Shown here: positions 11,535 to 22,469 of the stretch, in pieces
Position numbering within the stretch: position 1 is the first letter of the stretch
Layout of the letters: the number at the start of each line of letters is the position of its first letter
From: Chiloscyllium plagiosum
Taxonomy: Eukaryota
DNA length: 36,200 bases
Direction of reading: 5' to 3'
NCBI RefSeq assembly: GCF_004010195.1
Contig: NC_057752.1
Coordinates: forward strand, 15,356,502 to 15,392,701
Notes under the pieces: generated by a model
The model's input: the letters and a program-made list of their open reading frames with translations, nothing else
Told to the model about the DNA's origin: nothing
The model's database searches: none
Made by a program: the position numbers and the translations under genes

Positions 11535-12575
11535 ATTGAATCAATTCCTCAATCTGAATTCCAATTTGCATCCTTTGAACATTCTTTGCCATGTGTTTAC
11601 TCATTTGATCTGTAATGTCATCAAATCTATTACTATTATCCTCACTTTACTCATCCATTGGATTCACCCTCTGTTCCTTGAACCCCATTCTAACTTCACA
11701 GACAATTCCCCTAATGTCTCCCATGTCAACTGATGTTCAACTCTGTCTCCTACCAACAAAGCCTCCTAACTCATCCACTCTCTCTATACTGCAAGACTAT
11801 TATTCCAAAATCCAGTGTTGAGTGACCCGGAATTTCTTCACACTTTGAAAATTTTAAGCTATCATCCATTGTCAGGCTGCAGCTTTTAATCTTGGTGCTT
11901 GTTGGATTTTGAACTGAAGTCCCAGCTGCACATCCTTTCTATCAGAGGTTGTTTACTTGCACCTCTGCCTCTTTCTCAGTAATTTGTCACTGAAACTGCT
12001 GTACATTACACCTTTGTCACTTGCAGACTTGACTGTTTTGATACTTTCCCAGATATGGTGGCACCTCAGCAGTGAATCCTAGTTGACTACCAACAGTATC
12101 CCCACTGAGCTACATTGTCTTTTGACTTAAATAGAATTTGATGAGACCTTCCATGTAGATTCATTTCCTCCCTTTTGAATTATTGATGTCCAATAATTAA
12201 GATCCACGTATTCAAAGTCTCCCTCATTAATTTCAGGCCAACCATTGAACTGCACAGTTCTCCAGTGTTGTCATTACATTTGCATAGAGATCTCTCAATT
12301 GTAACTTTTTCTCATTTGCACATTCCTTCTTAAGAGCTTCAACTGGTTTAAGAATACCCCCTTCAGTCAATTTAATGCCCAATTTAGTAGCGTTTTCATA
12401 TCAAGAGACTAATAAACCATTATCTTTAAGTTTGTGACAATATTGATGCCAAAGTCCAATTAATTCTTTAGTTTTTGAGCCCATATTTTTTCGGGCTGAC
12501 TTTACCATGTCTAAATTCTTCGGACCTTCCAATGGCCATTGTTCATCACTCAATTTTTTGTTTGGGTCACTAGAC
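11535..12575 (-). pseudogene. Probable gag remnant (matrix-like N-terminal part)
   Basis: QWPLEGPKNLDMV resembles the WPxxGS/TF matrix motif of class I gag and lies upstream of pol. The rest is too degenerate to align by eye. Confidence 0.45.
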
Positions 12576-12576
12576 A

Positions 12577-12833
12577 ACTGTCCTAGCTGTCCATCTTCTT
12601 TCCCACCTATCTGCTCCACCCTCCTCTCCAACATATCAACATGACCCCCCACCTCCATCCACCTACTGCACTCTCAACTACCTTCCCCCCAGCCACACCC
12701 CCCTCTCATTTATCTCACTACCCCCTTGGCTCGCAGCCCCATTCCTGATGAATGGCTTTTGCCCGAAATGTCGATTCGCCTGCTCCTTGGATACTGCCTG
12801 ACCTGCTGTGCTTTTCCAGCACCACACTCTCAA
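12577..12833 (+). mobile_element. PLE-type 3' terminus (pyrimidine-rich stretch plus decayed hammerhead)
   Basis: C/T-rich region homologous to the reverse complement of 24290-24459, then CTGATGAATGGCTTTTGCCCGAAATGTC (12745-12772) and the shared tail. Confidence 0.82.
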
Positions 12834-13890
12834 CTGCTGTTCTCTATAATATAGACAGGGACTGCGGTTCGCTATAAAATAGACAGGGTCTGCTGTTTGC
12901 AATAATATCGACACGGGCTGCTGTTCTCTATAATGTAGAGAGGGACTTCTGTTGTTTTTAATATGCACAAGGGCTGCTGTTCTTCATAATTTAGACAGGG
13001 ACTATTGTTCCCTCCAATAGAACAAGTACTTCTCTTCAGTATTTACGAATGAGAGGGACCGTATTGTTGAAGAGGAGAGTGTGAAATGGACTGGTAAGCT
13101 AGAAGAGATACCTGTTAGGAAGGAAGATGTGTTGGACATTTTATAATATACACGGGACTGTTGTCACTACAACAGAGACAGTGACTTCTGTTTTCTCAAA
13201 TACAGACAGGGTCTGTTATTCTCTATAATATATACAAAGGCTGCTCTTATCCATCATTTCGACAGGAATTGCTGTTCTCTACAAGATAGGCAGAGACTGC
13301 TGATCTGCAGAATATAGATGGGGACAGCTATTCTCTATAATATACACAGGTAATGCTGTTCTCTATACTCTACAAAGGGGCTGCTGTTCTCTACAAGAAA
13401 GACAGGGGCAGCTATTCTCTACAATATAGACAGGGACTGGTGTTCACTACAACATAAAAAGGGACTCCTGTTCTCTATCATTTCGGTAGGGACTGCAGTT
13501 CTCTATTAGATAGACAGAGACTGCTGATCTCCAGAATATAGACAGGGACACCTATTCTCTATAATATACACAGATAGTGATGTTCCTTACAATATACATG
13601 GGGACTGCTGTTCTCTTTAACATAGACGCAAACTGTTGTTCTCTACTATAGGGACAGAATCTGGTGTTCTCTATAATATACACAGGGACTGCTGTTCCCT
13701 GCTGTCCACATTCTATAATGTGGACAGGGACTGGTTTTCTTTATAATATAGACAGGGTATGCTGTTCTCAATAATCTCGACAGGGACTGCTGTTCTCTAT
13801 AATACATAAGCACAGCTGTTGTGTACAGTATAGACAGGGACTACTGTTGTCTGTAAGATATACAGTACTGCTGTCTGCCAGAATATAGAC
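12834..13890. repeat. 28-bp satellite, orientation A (degenerate units continue at ~14245-14850)
   Basis: ctgctgttctctataatatagacaggga units. Confidence 0.92.
13021..13142 (+). mobile_element. Internal CR1 ORF2 fragment embedded in satellite
   Basis: Open reading NKYFSSVFTNERDRIVEEESVKWTGKLEEIPVRKEDVLDI, homologous to LNEYFASVFT in other copies. No tail. Confidence 0.78.
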
Positions 13891-14240
13891 AGCCACCAAA
13901 GGACATGGCCAACTATCACTAGTATGCATACACACAGACGAAGACGGACATCAGTTTGACTGGGGCAATGCATCCATCCTGGGACAGGCCAAATCAAGAC
14001 AAGCACGGGAAATCCTAGAGGCCTCACATTCAAACGAGAACTCCATTAATGTATGAATTTGGACCCCTTTTGCCAACCTCTCGGAAACGGAACTGGAAAT
14101 GATGTCACCCACCACAACATATCAAGACCCATAAATAGCAAGTGGGATGCTTCATTGGAGTCTTATAGATGATGCTACCTCGTGTGGTGATAAAACATCA
14201 GAGGGCAAACCCACTGGCTCAGCGAGCAAACGAACAACCG
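13890..14240 (+). mobile_element. Penelope-like element 3' fragment (GIY-YIG C-terminal region plus terminal repeat)
   Basis: HTDEDGHQFDWGNASILGQAKSRQAREILEASHSNENSIN. Ends ...gctcagcgagcaaac like 35249-35543. Confidence 0.78.
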
Positions 14241-14307
14241 GAATAATATTCTCTATAAAACCAAAAAGAACAGCTGTTCTTTATAATTTCCTGCTTCATA
14301 TACACGG

Positions 14308-14625
14308 TGAGCGACAAGGTGGCACAGTGGTTAGCACTGTTGCCTCACAGTGCCAGAGACTCGGGTTCAATTCCCGCCTCAGGCGACTGACTGTGTGGAG
14401 TTTGCACATTCTCACCGTGTCTGCATGGGTTTCCTCCAGGTGCTCCGGTTTCCTCCCACAGTCCAAAGATGTGCAGGTCAGGTGAATTGGCCATGCTAAA
14501 TTGCTCGTAGTGTTATGTAAGGGGTAAATGTAGGGGTATGGGTGGGTTGCGCTTCGGCGGGTCAGTGTGGACTTGTTGGGCCGAAGGGCCTGTTTCCACA
14601 CTGTAATGTAATCTAATCTAATCTA
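14308..14625 (+). mobile_element. Full-length HE1-like tRNA-derived V-SINE with 8-bp TSD
   Basis: A-box tggcacagtgg, B-box gggttcaattcc, V-core, (TAATC)n tail. ATACACGG at 14300-14307 and 14626-14633. Confidence 0.93.
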
Positions 14626-14852
14626 ATACACGGGAACTGTTTCTCAAATCAGTGTACACTGATTTACAACTGTTGCCTGTAAGGTAGGCCTTACAGGCAT
14701 TAGTCTGTATTAAAAACAGAGACAGATGTTCTCTACAATATACACAGGGACATCTCTTCTCCACAGTATACACAGGGATTGCCATTCTCAGTAATGTGCA
14801 CTGGAACTGCTGGTCTCTCTAATAAAGACAGAAAACTGATTTTATTTGTAAT

Positions 14853-15247
14853 GGTCTGTTCTCATTGGAAAGAAGGCTAAGGGGGGATTTGATAGAGACA
14901 TACAAGATGTTCAGAGGATTAGATAGGGTAAACAGTGAAAATCTTTTTCCTAGGATGATGTTGTCAGCTTGTACGAGGGGGCATAACTACAAATTGAGGG
15001 GTGATAAATTTAAGACAGATGTCAGAGGCAGGTTCTTTACACAGAGAGTGGCAGGGGCGTGGAATGCCCTGCCAGCTAATGTAGTTAACTCAGCAACATT
15101 AGGGAGATTTAAACAATCCTTAGATAAGCACATGGATGATTTGGGGATCGTGTAGGGGGACGAACTGAGAATAGTTCACAGGTCAGCGCAACATCGAGGG
15201 CTGAAGGGTCTGTTCTGCGCTGTATTGTTCTACGTTCTATGTTCTAA
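14853..15247 (+). mobile_element. CR1-type LINE, short 5'-truncated copy
   Basis: LFSLERRLRGDLIETYK...RFFTQRVAGAWNALP, followed by a (GTTCTAT)n-type tail. Confidence 0.92.
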
Positions 15248-15249
15248 CA

Positions 15250-16035
15250 GCAGGATATGCAGCTATTGTGGACAGCAATGTATTTAAAGAGCTGACCCTG
15301 TGTTATTGTAAATAAGAGCAGTCCCTGTGCATTTTACAGAGAACATTAGTTCCTGTGTACATTATGGAGAATGGCAGGCCCTACGGCTATCATAGAGTAA
15401 AGTTGTGTCTGCTTATACTAAAGGGGACAAGAGTCCCTGTGTGTCTCATTGAAAATAGCAGTTCCTGTGTATATTAGGGAGACCTGCAGTTCCAGTGCAG
15501 TCTACATAAAACAGCAGTCTGTATGTATACTGTGGAGAAGAGATGTCCTTGTATATATTATAGAGAACAGCAGTATCTGTTTTTATTAGGGAGAAGAGCT
15601 GTTCCTGTGTATAATACTGGAAACAGCAGCCCCTGTGTATGTGAAACAGAATATTACACAGAATGGCAGTCTTCTGTTTTATAGAGAATAGCTGTCCCAA
15701 ACTGCATTACAGATCATACAGTTCCTGACTATGTTTTAAACTCAATTCCCTTGTTAATGAAAGCCAAAACACCGTACGCCTTCTTAGGAACGCGACCAAC
15801 TTGGGTGGCAACTTTGAGGGATCTATGTATGTGGAACCCAAGATCCCTGTCTTTATTATAGAGAATGGAAATCCTGTGTATATGGTGGAGAACAAATATC
15901 TCTGGGTATAATAGATAGAAAAACAGCCCTTATGCATGTTACAAAAACAGCAGACCTTGTGTGTATACAGAAAAGCAATTCCTGAGCATATTACTGATAA
16001 GAGCATTTCTTGTCTACGTTACAGAGAACAGGAGA
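15250..16035. repeat. 28-bp satellite, orientation B
   Basis: agagaacagcagtccctgtgtatattat-like units, interrupted at 15734-15847. Confidence 0.85.
15734..15847 (-). repeat. 114-bp inverted copy of CR1 segment 17606-17719
   Basis: Manual alignment gives 4 mismatches in 114 nt. Confidence 0.9.
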
Positions 16036-18292
16036 TGTCCAGTATAAATTGGGAACACTTGTTCTATGGGAAATGCACAACAGAAATGTGGAGGTTGGTT
16101 CAGGTGCACTTGTTGGAAGTGTTTGATAACTTTGTCCCACTGAGACAGGCAAGAAATGGTAAGGTGGAGGAGCCTTGGGTGACAAGAGAAGAGGAGCTTC
16201 TTGTCAAGAGAAAGAAGGAAGCTTACTTAAGGTTGTGGAAGCAAGGATCTGGCACAGCTTTAGAGAATTACAGGGTAGCTAGGAAATAACTCAAAGGTGG
16301 ACTGAGAAGAGCTAGGAGGGGGCATGAAAAAGCCTTGGTGGGAAAGAGTAGGGAAAACCCAAAGACGTTCTACACTTACGTGAGGAATAGGAGAATGATC
16401 AGAGCGAGGGCAGTGCCAATCAGGGATAGTGGAGGGAACTCGTGCCTGGAGTCTGAAGAGGTAAGGAAGGCCTTTAATGAATATTTTGCTTCAAAATTCA
16501 CGAGAGAGAGGGACCTTATTGACAGTGAGAACACCGTGGACCAGGTTAATAGGCTTGAACAGATTGATATTAAGAAAGTGGACATGCTGGAAATTCTAGG
16601 AAAAAGTCAGGGCTGCAGATGCTGGAGATCAGAGCTGAAAAATGTGTTGCAGGAAAAGCGCAGCAGGTCAGGCAGCATCCAAGGAGCAGGAGAATCGCCG
16701 TTTCGGGCATAAGCCCTTCTTCAGGAAATTCTGGGAAGCATCAAGATACATAAGTTCCCAGGGCTGGATCAGATATATCCAAGGTTAATTAGGGGAAATG
16801 AGATTGCTGTGCCTCTGGCAATGATCTTTGCATCCTGACTCTTCATAGGAGAAGTACCAGCTGATTAGAGACAGGTGAATGTTGTTCCTCTGCCAAGAAA
16901 GGGAATAAGGAAATCCCTGGAAAGTTTAGTCTAGTCAGTCTTGTGTCTGTGGTAAGCAAGGTACTGGAAAGGATTGTGAGAGATAGGATATATGACTATT
17001 TGGAAAGACATAGTTTGATTAACGATAGTCAGCATGGCTCTGTGAGGAGCAGGTCATGCCTCATAAGCTTTATTGAGATCTTTGAGGATGTGATGAGACA
17101 GGTTGACAAAGGTTAAGCAGTGGATGTGGTGTATATGGATTTCAGTAAGGCATTTGATAAGGTTCCCCACAGTACGATCATTCAGAAAGTTAGGAGATAT
17201 GGGAACAAAGAAATTTGGCTGTCTTGATACAGAATTGGCTGTCTGAAAGAAGACAGTGAATGGTAGTGGATGGAAAGTATTCTGCCTGGAGGTCGGTGTC
17301 CAATGGTGTCCCACAGGGATCTGTTCTTGGGCCTCTGCTGTTTGTAGTTTTTATAAATGACTCGGATGAAGAAGTGGAAGGGTGGGTTAGTAAGTTTGCC
17401 GATGACACAAAGGTCGGTGGTGTTGTAGATAGTGTCGAGGGCTGTTACAGGCTACAACAAGACATTGACAGGATGCGGAGCTAGGCCGAGAAGTGGCAGG
17501 TAGAGTTCAACCTGGATAACTGCAAAGTGATTCATTTTGGAAGATCGAATTTGAATGCTGAATGTCGGGTGAAAAACAGGATTCTTGGCAGTGTGGAGAA
17601 ACAGCGGGATCTTGGGGTCCACATACACAGATCCCTCAAAGTTGCCACCCAAGTTGGTCGAGTTCTTAAGAAGGCGTACGGTGTTTTGGCTTTCATTAAC
17701 AAGGGAATTGAGTTTAAAAGATGCAAGGTTTGCTGCAGCTCAATAAAGTCCTGGTTAGACCACACTTGGAATATTGTATTCAGTTCTGGTCGCCTCTTTA
17801 TAGGAAGGATGTTGATGCTTTACAGAGGATGCAGAGGAGATTTACCAGGATGCTGCCTGGATTGGGGGGTATGTCTTATGAAGAGAGGTTGAGTGAGCTA
17901 GGCTTTTTCACACTGGAGAGAAGGAAGAGAGCTGACTTGATAGGGGGGTACAAGGTAATGAGAGGCATAGACAGAATAGAGAGTCAGAAACTTTCCCCAG
18001 GGCGGTAATGGTTGTCACGCGGGCTCATAATTTGAAGGTGATTGGAGGAAGGTATAGGGAAAATGTCAGAGATAGTTCTTTATGCAGAGATTGGTGGGTG
18101 CGTGGAATGCACTGCCAGCGGTGGTGGTATAGTCAGATACATTAGGGACATTTAAGTGACTGCTTAACAAGCACATGGACGGCAGTAAATCGAGGGGTGT
18201 GTAGTTTAGGTTGATCTTCTATTAAGGTAAATGCTGGGCACAACATCATGGGAAAGGGCCTGTACTGTACTGTGCTATGTTCTATGCTCTAA
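16036..18292 (+). mobile_element. CR1-type LINE, 5'-truncated, RT domain with stops and frameshifts
   Basis: DVVYMDFSKAFDKVPH, GVPQGSVLGPLLF, KFADDTK, HLEYCIQFWSP, and a tail ctatgttctatg. Confidence 0.94.
16603..16726 (-). mobile_element. Short hammerhead-bearing PLE-type insertion inside CR1
   Basis: Reverse complement TTCCTGAAGAAGGGCTTATGCCCGAAACGGCG. Flanked by GGAAATTCTAGGAA (16589-16602) and GGAAATTCTGGGAA (16724-16737). Confidence 0.85.
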
Positions 18293-21205
18293 ACAGCATT
18301 ACTTGTGTAAAATGAGAACAGCAGTCCCTGTGTATATGAAACACAACATTATAAAGAACAGCAGTCTTTTTCTATTTTATTGAGATCAACAGTCCCTATC
18401 TATATTAAAGACTACAGCAGTTCCTTTCTACATTATAGAAAGCAGCCGTCCATGTCTATGTTATAGAGAACAGCAGTCCCAGTGCTATTTCACTGAGCAG
18501 CAGTCCCAGTGCATATTATTGCGAGCAGCAATCCCTGTGCACATTACAGGAAACAGGAGTCCCTGTGTATACTGAGAAGAAAAAGAGTCTTCTGCTTATG
18601 GAACAGAATATTATAGATAACAGCAGACCTTTTCTGTTTTATATTATTATTATTGAGATATTATTATGCATCTTCTATATTATTGAGATCAGCAGTCCCA
18701 GGAAATGTTGCAGAGAAGATCAGCTCCTGTCTATATTAAGGAAGCCAGCAGTCCCTGCTTATATTACAGGGAACAACTGTCACTGTCTATATTACAACAT
18801 CCCTGTGCATATTGCAGAGAAGAGGGATTTCTCTGTATATTTCCCAGAACAGTAGTTCTTGTGTATATTACGGAAAACAGCAATCCCTGCACATAATGTG
18901 GAGAACAGCTGTCCTTCTGTCAATTGTAGAGAACAGAAGTCCCTGATTATATTACAGTCCTTGTACATATTACAGAAAATAGCATCATCTTTGTGTTTCA
19001 TACTGAACAACAGTCTCTGTGTTCATTGCAAAGAACAGCAGTACCTGTGTATTTATGGACAACAGCAGAACCTCTCAATGTGAAACAAAACAGCAGAACT
19101 TGCGTATATTACAGGTGAAAGTGAGGACTGCAGATGCTGGTGATTAGAGTCAAGATTAGAGTGGTGCATTTCCAGCATCTTGTGTATATTACAGACAACA
19201 GCAGTTCCTGTGCATTTTACAGAAAACAGCTGTCCTTGCGTATATTACAGAGAATAGCAGATGCTGTGCATATTACAGAGAATTGCAGTCCCTGCGCATT
19301 TTATACTGAACAACAGTCTCATTACAGAGGAGAGCAGTTCCTGTTTATATCGTAGAGAACAGCAGCCCCTGGGTATGTTGGAGAGAAGAACAGTCCCTGT
19401 GTATATTTTCGAGAACAGAAGTCCCTGGCAATATTATAGAGATCAGCAGTCCCTGTCTATACTTGATAGAACAGTAGTCACTGTCTATATTGTAGAGAAC
19501 CCCAGGCCTTCCACAAATCATTGCTAACCATTGCCCCTGCTTATATTATAAGGACCAACAGTTCCTGTGTAAAGTACAGTGAACATTAGTACTTGTATAA
19601 ATTAGAGAGACCAACAGTTCCGGTGCTCAATACAAAGAACAGCAGTCCCTGTGTATATTGTGGAGAACACGTGGTGCTATGTATATGCACCAGAAAAGCT
19701 GTTGCTGTGATATTGTACAGAACAGCAGTCCATAGGAATATTACATAGAATATTTCATCGTGGACCAAAGGGCCTGTTCTGTGCTGTATTGTTCTAGAAC
19801 TGCAGGTCCTCTGCACTTTACAGAAAAAAGCAGGCCCTGCATATATCAAAGAGAACAGCATTCCCTGTTCATATTATATGGAACAGCTGACCCTGTGAAG
19901 CACATTGAGAACAACAGTTCCTGTGTATATTACAGAGAACACCAGTTCCTTTATAAATTAGAGAGTCCAGCAGCTCCATGGCACATTACAGAGAACAGTA
20001 GTACCTGTGTATATCATGGAGAACAGCAGTCCCTGATTACATTTTAATGAACAGCAGTCCTTGTCTATATGAGAGATAAAAGCAATCTATGTGGTTTTGC
20101 AGAGAACAGCAGTTCCCCTGTGTTTTACAGAGGAGAGCTATCCTTGTGATATTGTAGAGAACAGCAACCCCTGTGTATATTACAGAAGGCATGTATACTA
20201 TGGAGAACAACAGGCCCTGTGCATATTATATCGAACAGCAATCTCTGTGTGATGATGTCACCATAGTCTTATCAGCCAACTGAGCTAAACCAATTCCCAA
20301 TCTCTGTGCATATCAAACAGAGCAGCTGTCCCTGCTTTTATTACACAGAAAGGCAGTCCCTGCTTTTGTTACAGTTAAGTCCCTGTGTATATTACAGCAA
20401 ACACCAGCCCCTGTGTATACTGAGGAGAAAAACAGTGCCTGTGCATATGAAACAGGTTATAGAGAACAGCTGTCCCTTTCTATATGATAGAGAAAAGCAG
20501 CTCCTCTCCATATTTTACAGAACAGCAGCCCCTATGTGTATGAAACAGAACAGCAGTCCCTATCTGTACTACAGAGAACAGTGATCCGCATGTATATTAT
20601 AAGAATAGCAGTTCCTGTGCATATTAGAGAAAAGAGCAGTTCTCTGTGTACATTGCAGAAAACAGCAGTTCCTGTGTATACTGTATTGTGGTGAACAGAT
20701 GTACCTGTGTATATTTTAGGGAACAGCAGACCTGTTTCTATTTCTAAGAAGAGCAGTACCTGTGTAAATTCCAGGAAAACACAGTCCCTACGTGATTAAA
20801 ACAAATTATTACAGATGACAGGAGTCCTTTTCTGTTTTACAGAGAACAGCGGTCCCTGTCTATATTACAGAGAACAGCAGTTTAGTGCATATTACAATTA
20901 AGTGCATAATGCACAGAACGGCAGTTTCTAAGTATGTTGCAGAGAACAGCTGTCCCTGCCTATACTATAGAAGTCAGCAGTTCGTCTTTATATTAAAGAT
21001 AACATGACTCCCTGTCGATATTATAGAGAACGGCAGACCCTCTGTTTGTTACAGAGAACAGCGGTCCCCGTGCATCGTGCGGAAAACCCCAGTCTCTGTC
21101 GATATTGAAGACTGTGTACATGAAACAGAACGGCCGGGCCTTTGCATAGCTTAGAGAACAGCTGTTCCTGTGCACATCACAGCGAAGAGCCGTTCCTGCT
21201 CGGGT
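18293..21205. repeat. Largest 28-bp satellite block (~2.9 kb, ~100 units), orientation B
   Basis: Continuous diverged units. Small inserts at ~19114-19180 (PLE-type end), ~19763-19797 (CR1 tail) and ~20250-20305. Confidence 0.93.
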
Positions 21206-21435
21206 ATAGAAGTAATGCCCCGACTCTTCCAAACACAGAGCTGAGTGAAATGCACCTTGCAATTGGATTGGAATTGAGAGGTTTTTTTTCAAGTCTCCCT
21301 CCCTTTTACTATTCCCTCCCTCCAAAAGACACACACATAAGGTTTCACTGCTCACGTTTTGGACTTACTGCCCATACAGAAGGGAACAAATTTCGAAAAG
21401 CAATTTCCTATTATTTTCCTTTCTCTCATTTCCAG

Positions 21436-22248
21436 TAAATCTGTTCGGAATTATGAAGCTGTGCGGCTTTTCCACGTGCGCCACGTAGTATCTTGTGACC
21501 ATGGCAACGGCGGGTCTATTTGTCATGATCACAGAAGTCATATTGAGCAAAATCAAAAAGGATTATTTCCAGTGGTCTTCCCTGAACTTCACCCCTGCGT
21601 GAAGTTTTCCTGCTGTCCTGCTGTCTGCAGCCACAGTGTGTTCTGTCTGGTTGACTGTCGCATTCTCCTTTGATTGGTCTGTTGCCCAGAGTTGAAAACA
21701 AAATATTGCACTCCGAAAACGGCTGCTGTCGTTCTACCAATAACCTGCATTTCTCCTCTGAAAAACATTCCTTTCTGCTTTATATCTAAAACTTGGTTCA
21801 TAATCAACAATGTACCCTGGTTTTGTTCTGCAAAAGCCAAGCTGATTCCGGATGGGTGGGCTTTGATTGGTGTGAGAAAATTTTAACTCCTTTGCTACCA
21901 TTCACTTTGATCCTGTTCATTAACAATCAGGCATATTTTAGAGTCCGTAAAGGACCGAAAGGTCAGAGAAAGGGAGAGAATCGCAGTGACGCGGAGATTG
22001 AGAGCAAAAGGAAATCTATGATTTTACTTTTCACCATATCTGGCACTTTTATTCTCCTATGGTCTGTGTATGTAATCAAGTCACATAACAGTAAAATATC
22101 CTGGGATTGCACAAAGTCTGAAATTACCTTTGAACACGTCGGAATTATGCTGCAGAATGTGAGCAGCTGTACAAATGCGGCTATTTATGTGGTGAGACAG
22201 TCCAAATTCAGAGAACAGCGTGGTGAAAGTCGAGTGTGTCTTTTCTAA
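21436..22248 (+). pseudogene. GPR139/GPR142-like class A GPCR, main coding exon, pseudogenised
   Basis: Polypyrimidine tract plus CAG acceptor at 21435, then NLFGI..CGFSTCAT*YLVTMATAGL..CSVWLTVAFSFD..LKTKYCT..LKNIPF..NVPWFC..GWVGFDW..LTPLLPF..ESKRKSMILLFTISG..CTNAAIY..QSKFREQ. In-frame TAG 21486-21488 and TGA 21600-21602, frameshifts near 21686 and 21845. Confidence 0.85.
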
Positions 22249-22469
22249 TTGACAGGTGCCCTGTCTGTCTGACAGAATGCAAAAATGTTTCCAATTCCAA
22301 TCCGCCGCTGAGCAGTTCACGGAATTCAGCGACGTTTGTCCCCGCCTTGGGTATTGTCGACAGTCTATTCAGCTAATTGGTAAACGCACTTCCAGCTCAT
22401 CGATTTCTTGAGCTTCGATATCTCGGCAACCGCCCCACCATCTCCTTCTTTGGCTACGCATGTGCTAAA

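Larger units (their letters stand above)
7669..12575 (-). mobile_element. Defective class I (gamma/epsilon-like) endogenous retrovirus: gag remnant, RNase H end/IN, env, 3' LTR
   Basis: Integrase, env TM and polypurine tract occur in retroviral order on the minus strand. No RT or 5' LTR visible. Confidence 0.88.

Noticed and set aside
14308..14380. tRNA gene
   Set aside because: The tRNA-like head continues into the SINE core and tail, is flanked by a TSD and is multi-copy.
18293..21205. CRISPR-like array of ~28-bp repeats
   Set aside because: Units are contiguous with no unique spacers, they are diverged, the context is eukaryotic and there are no cas genes.
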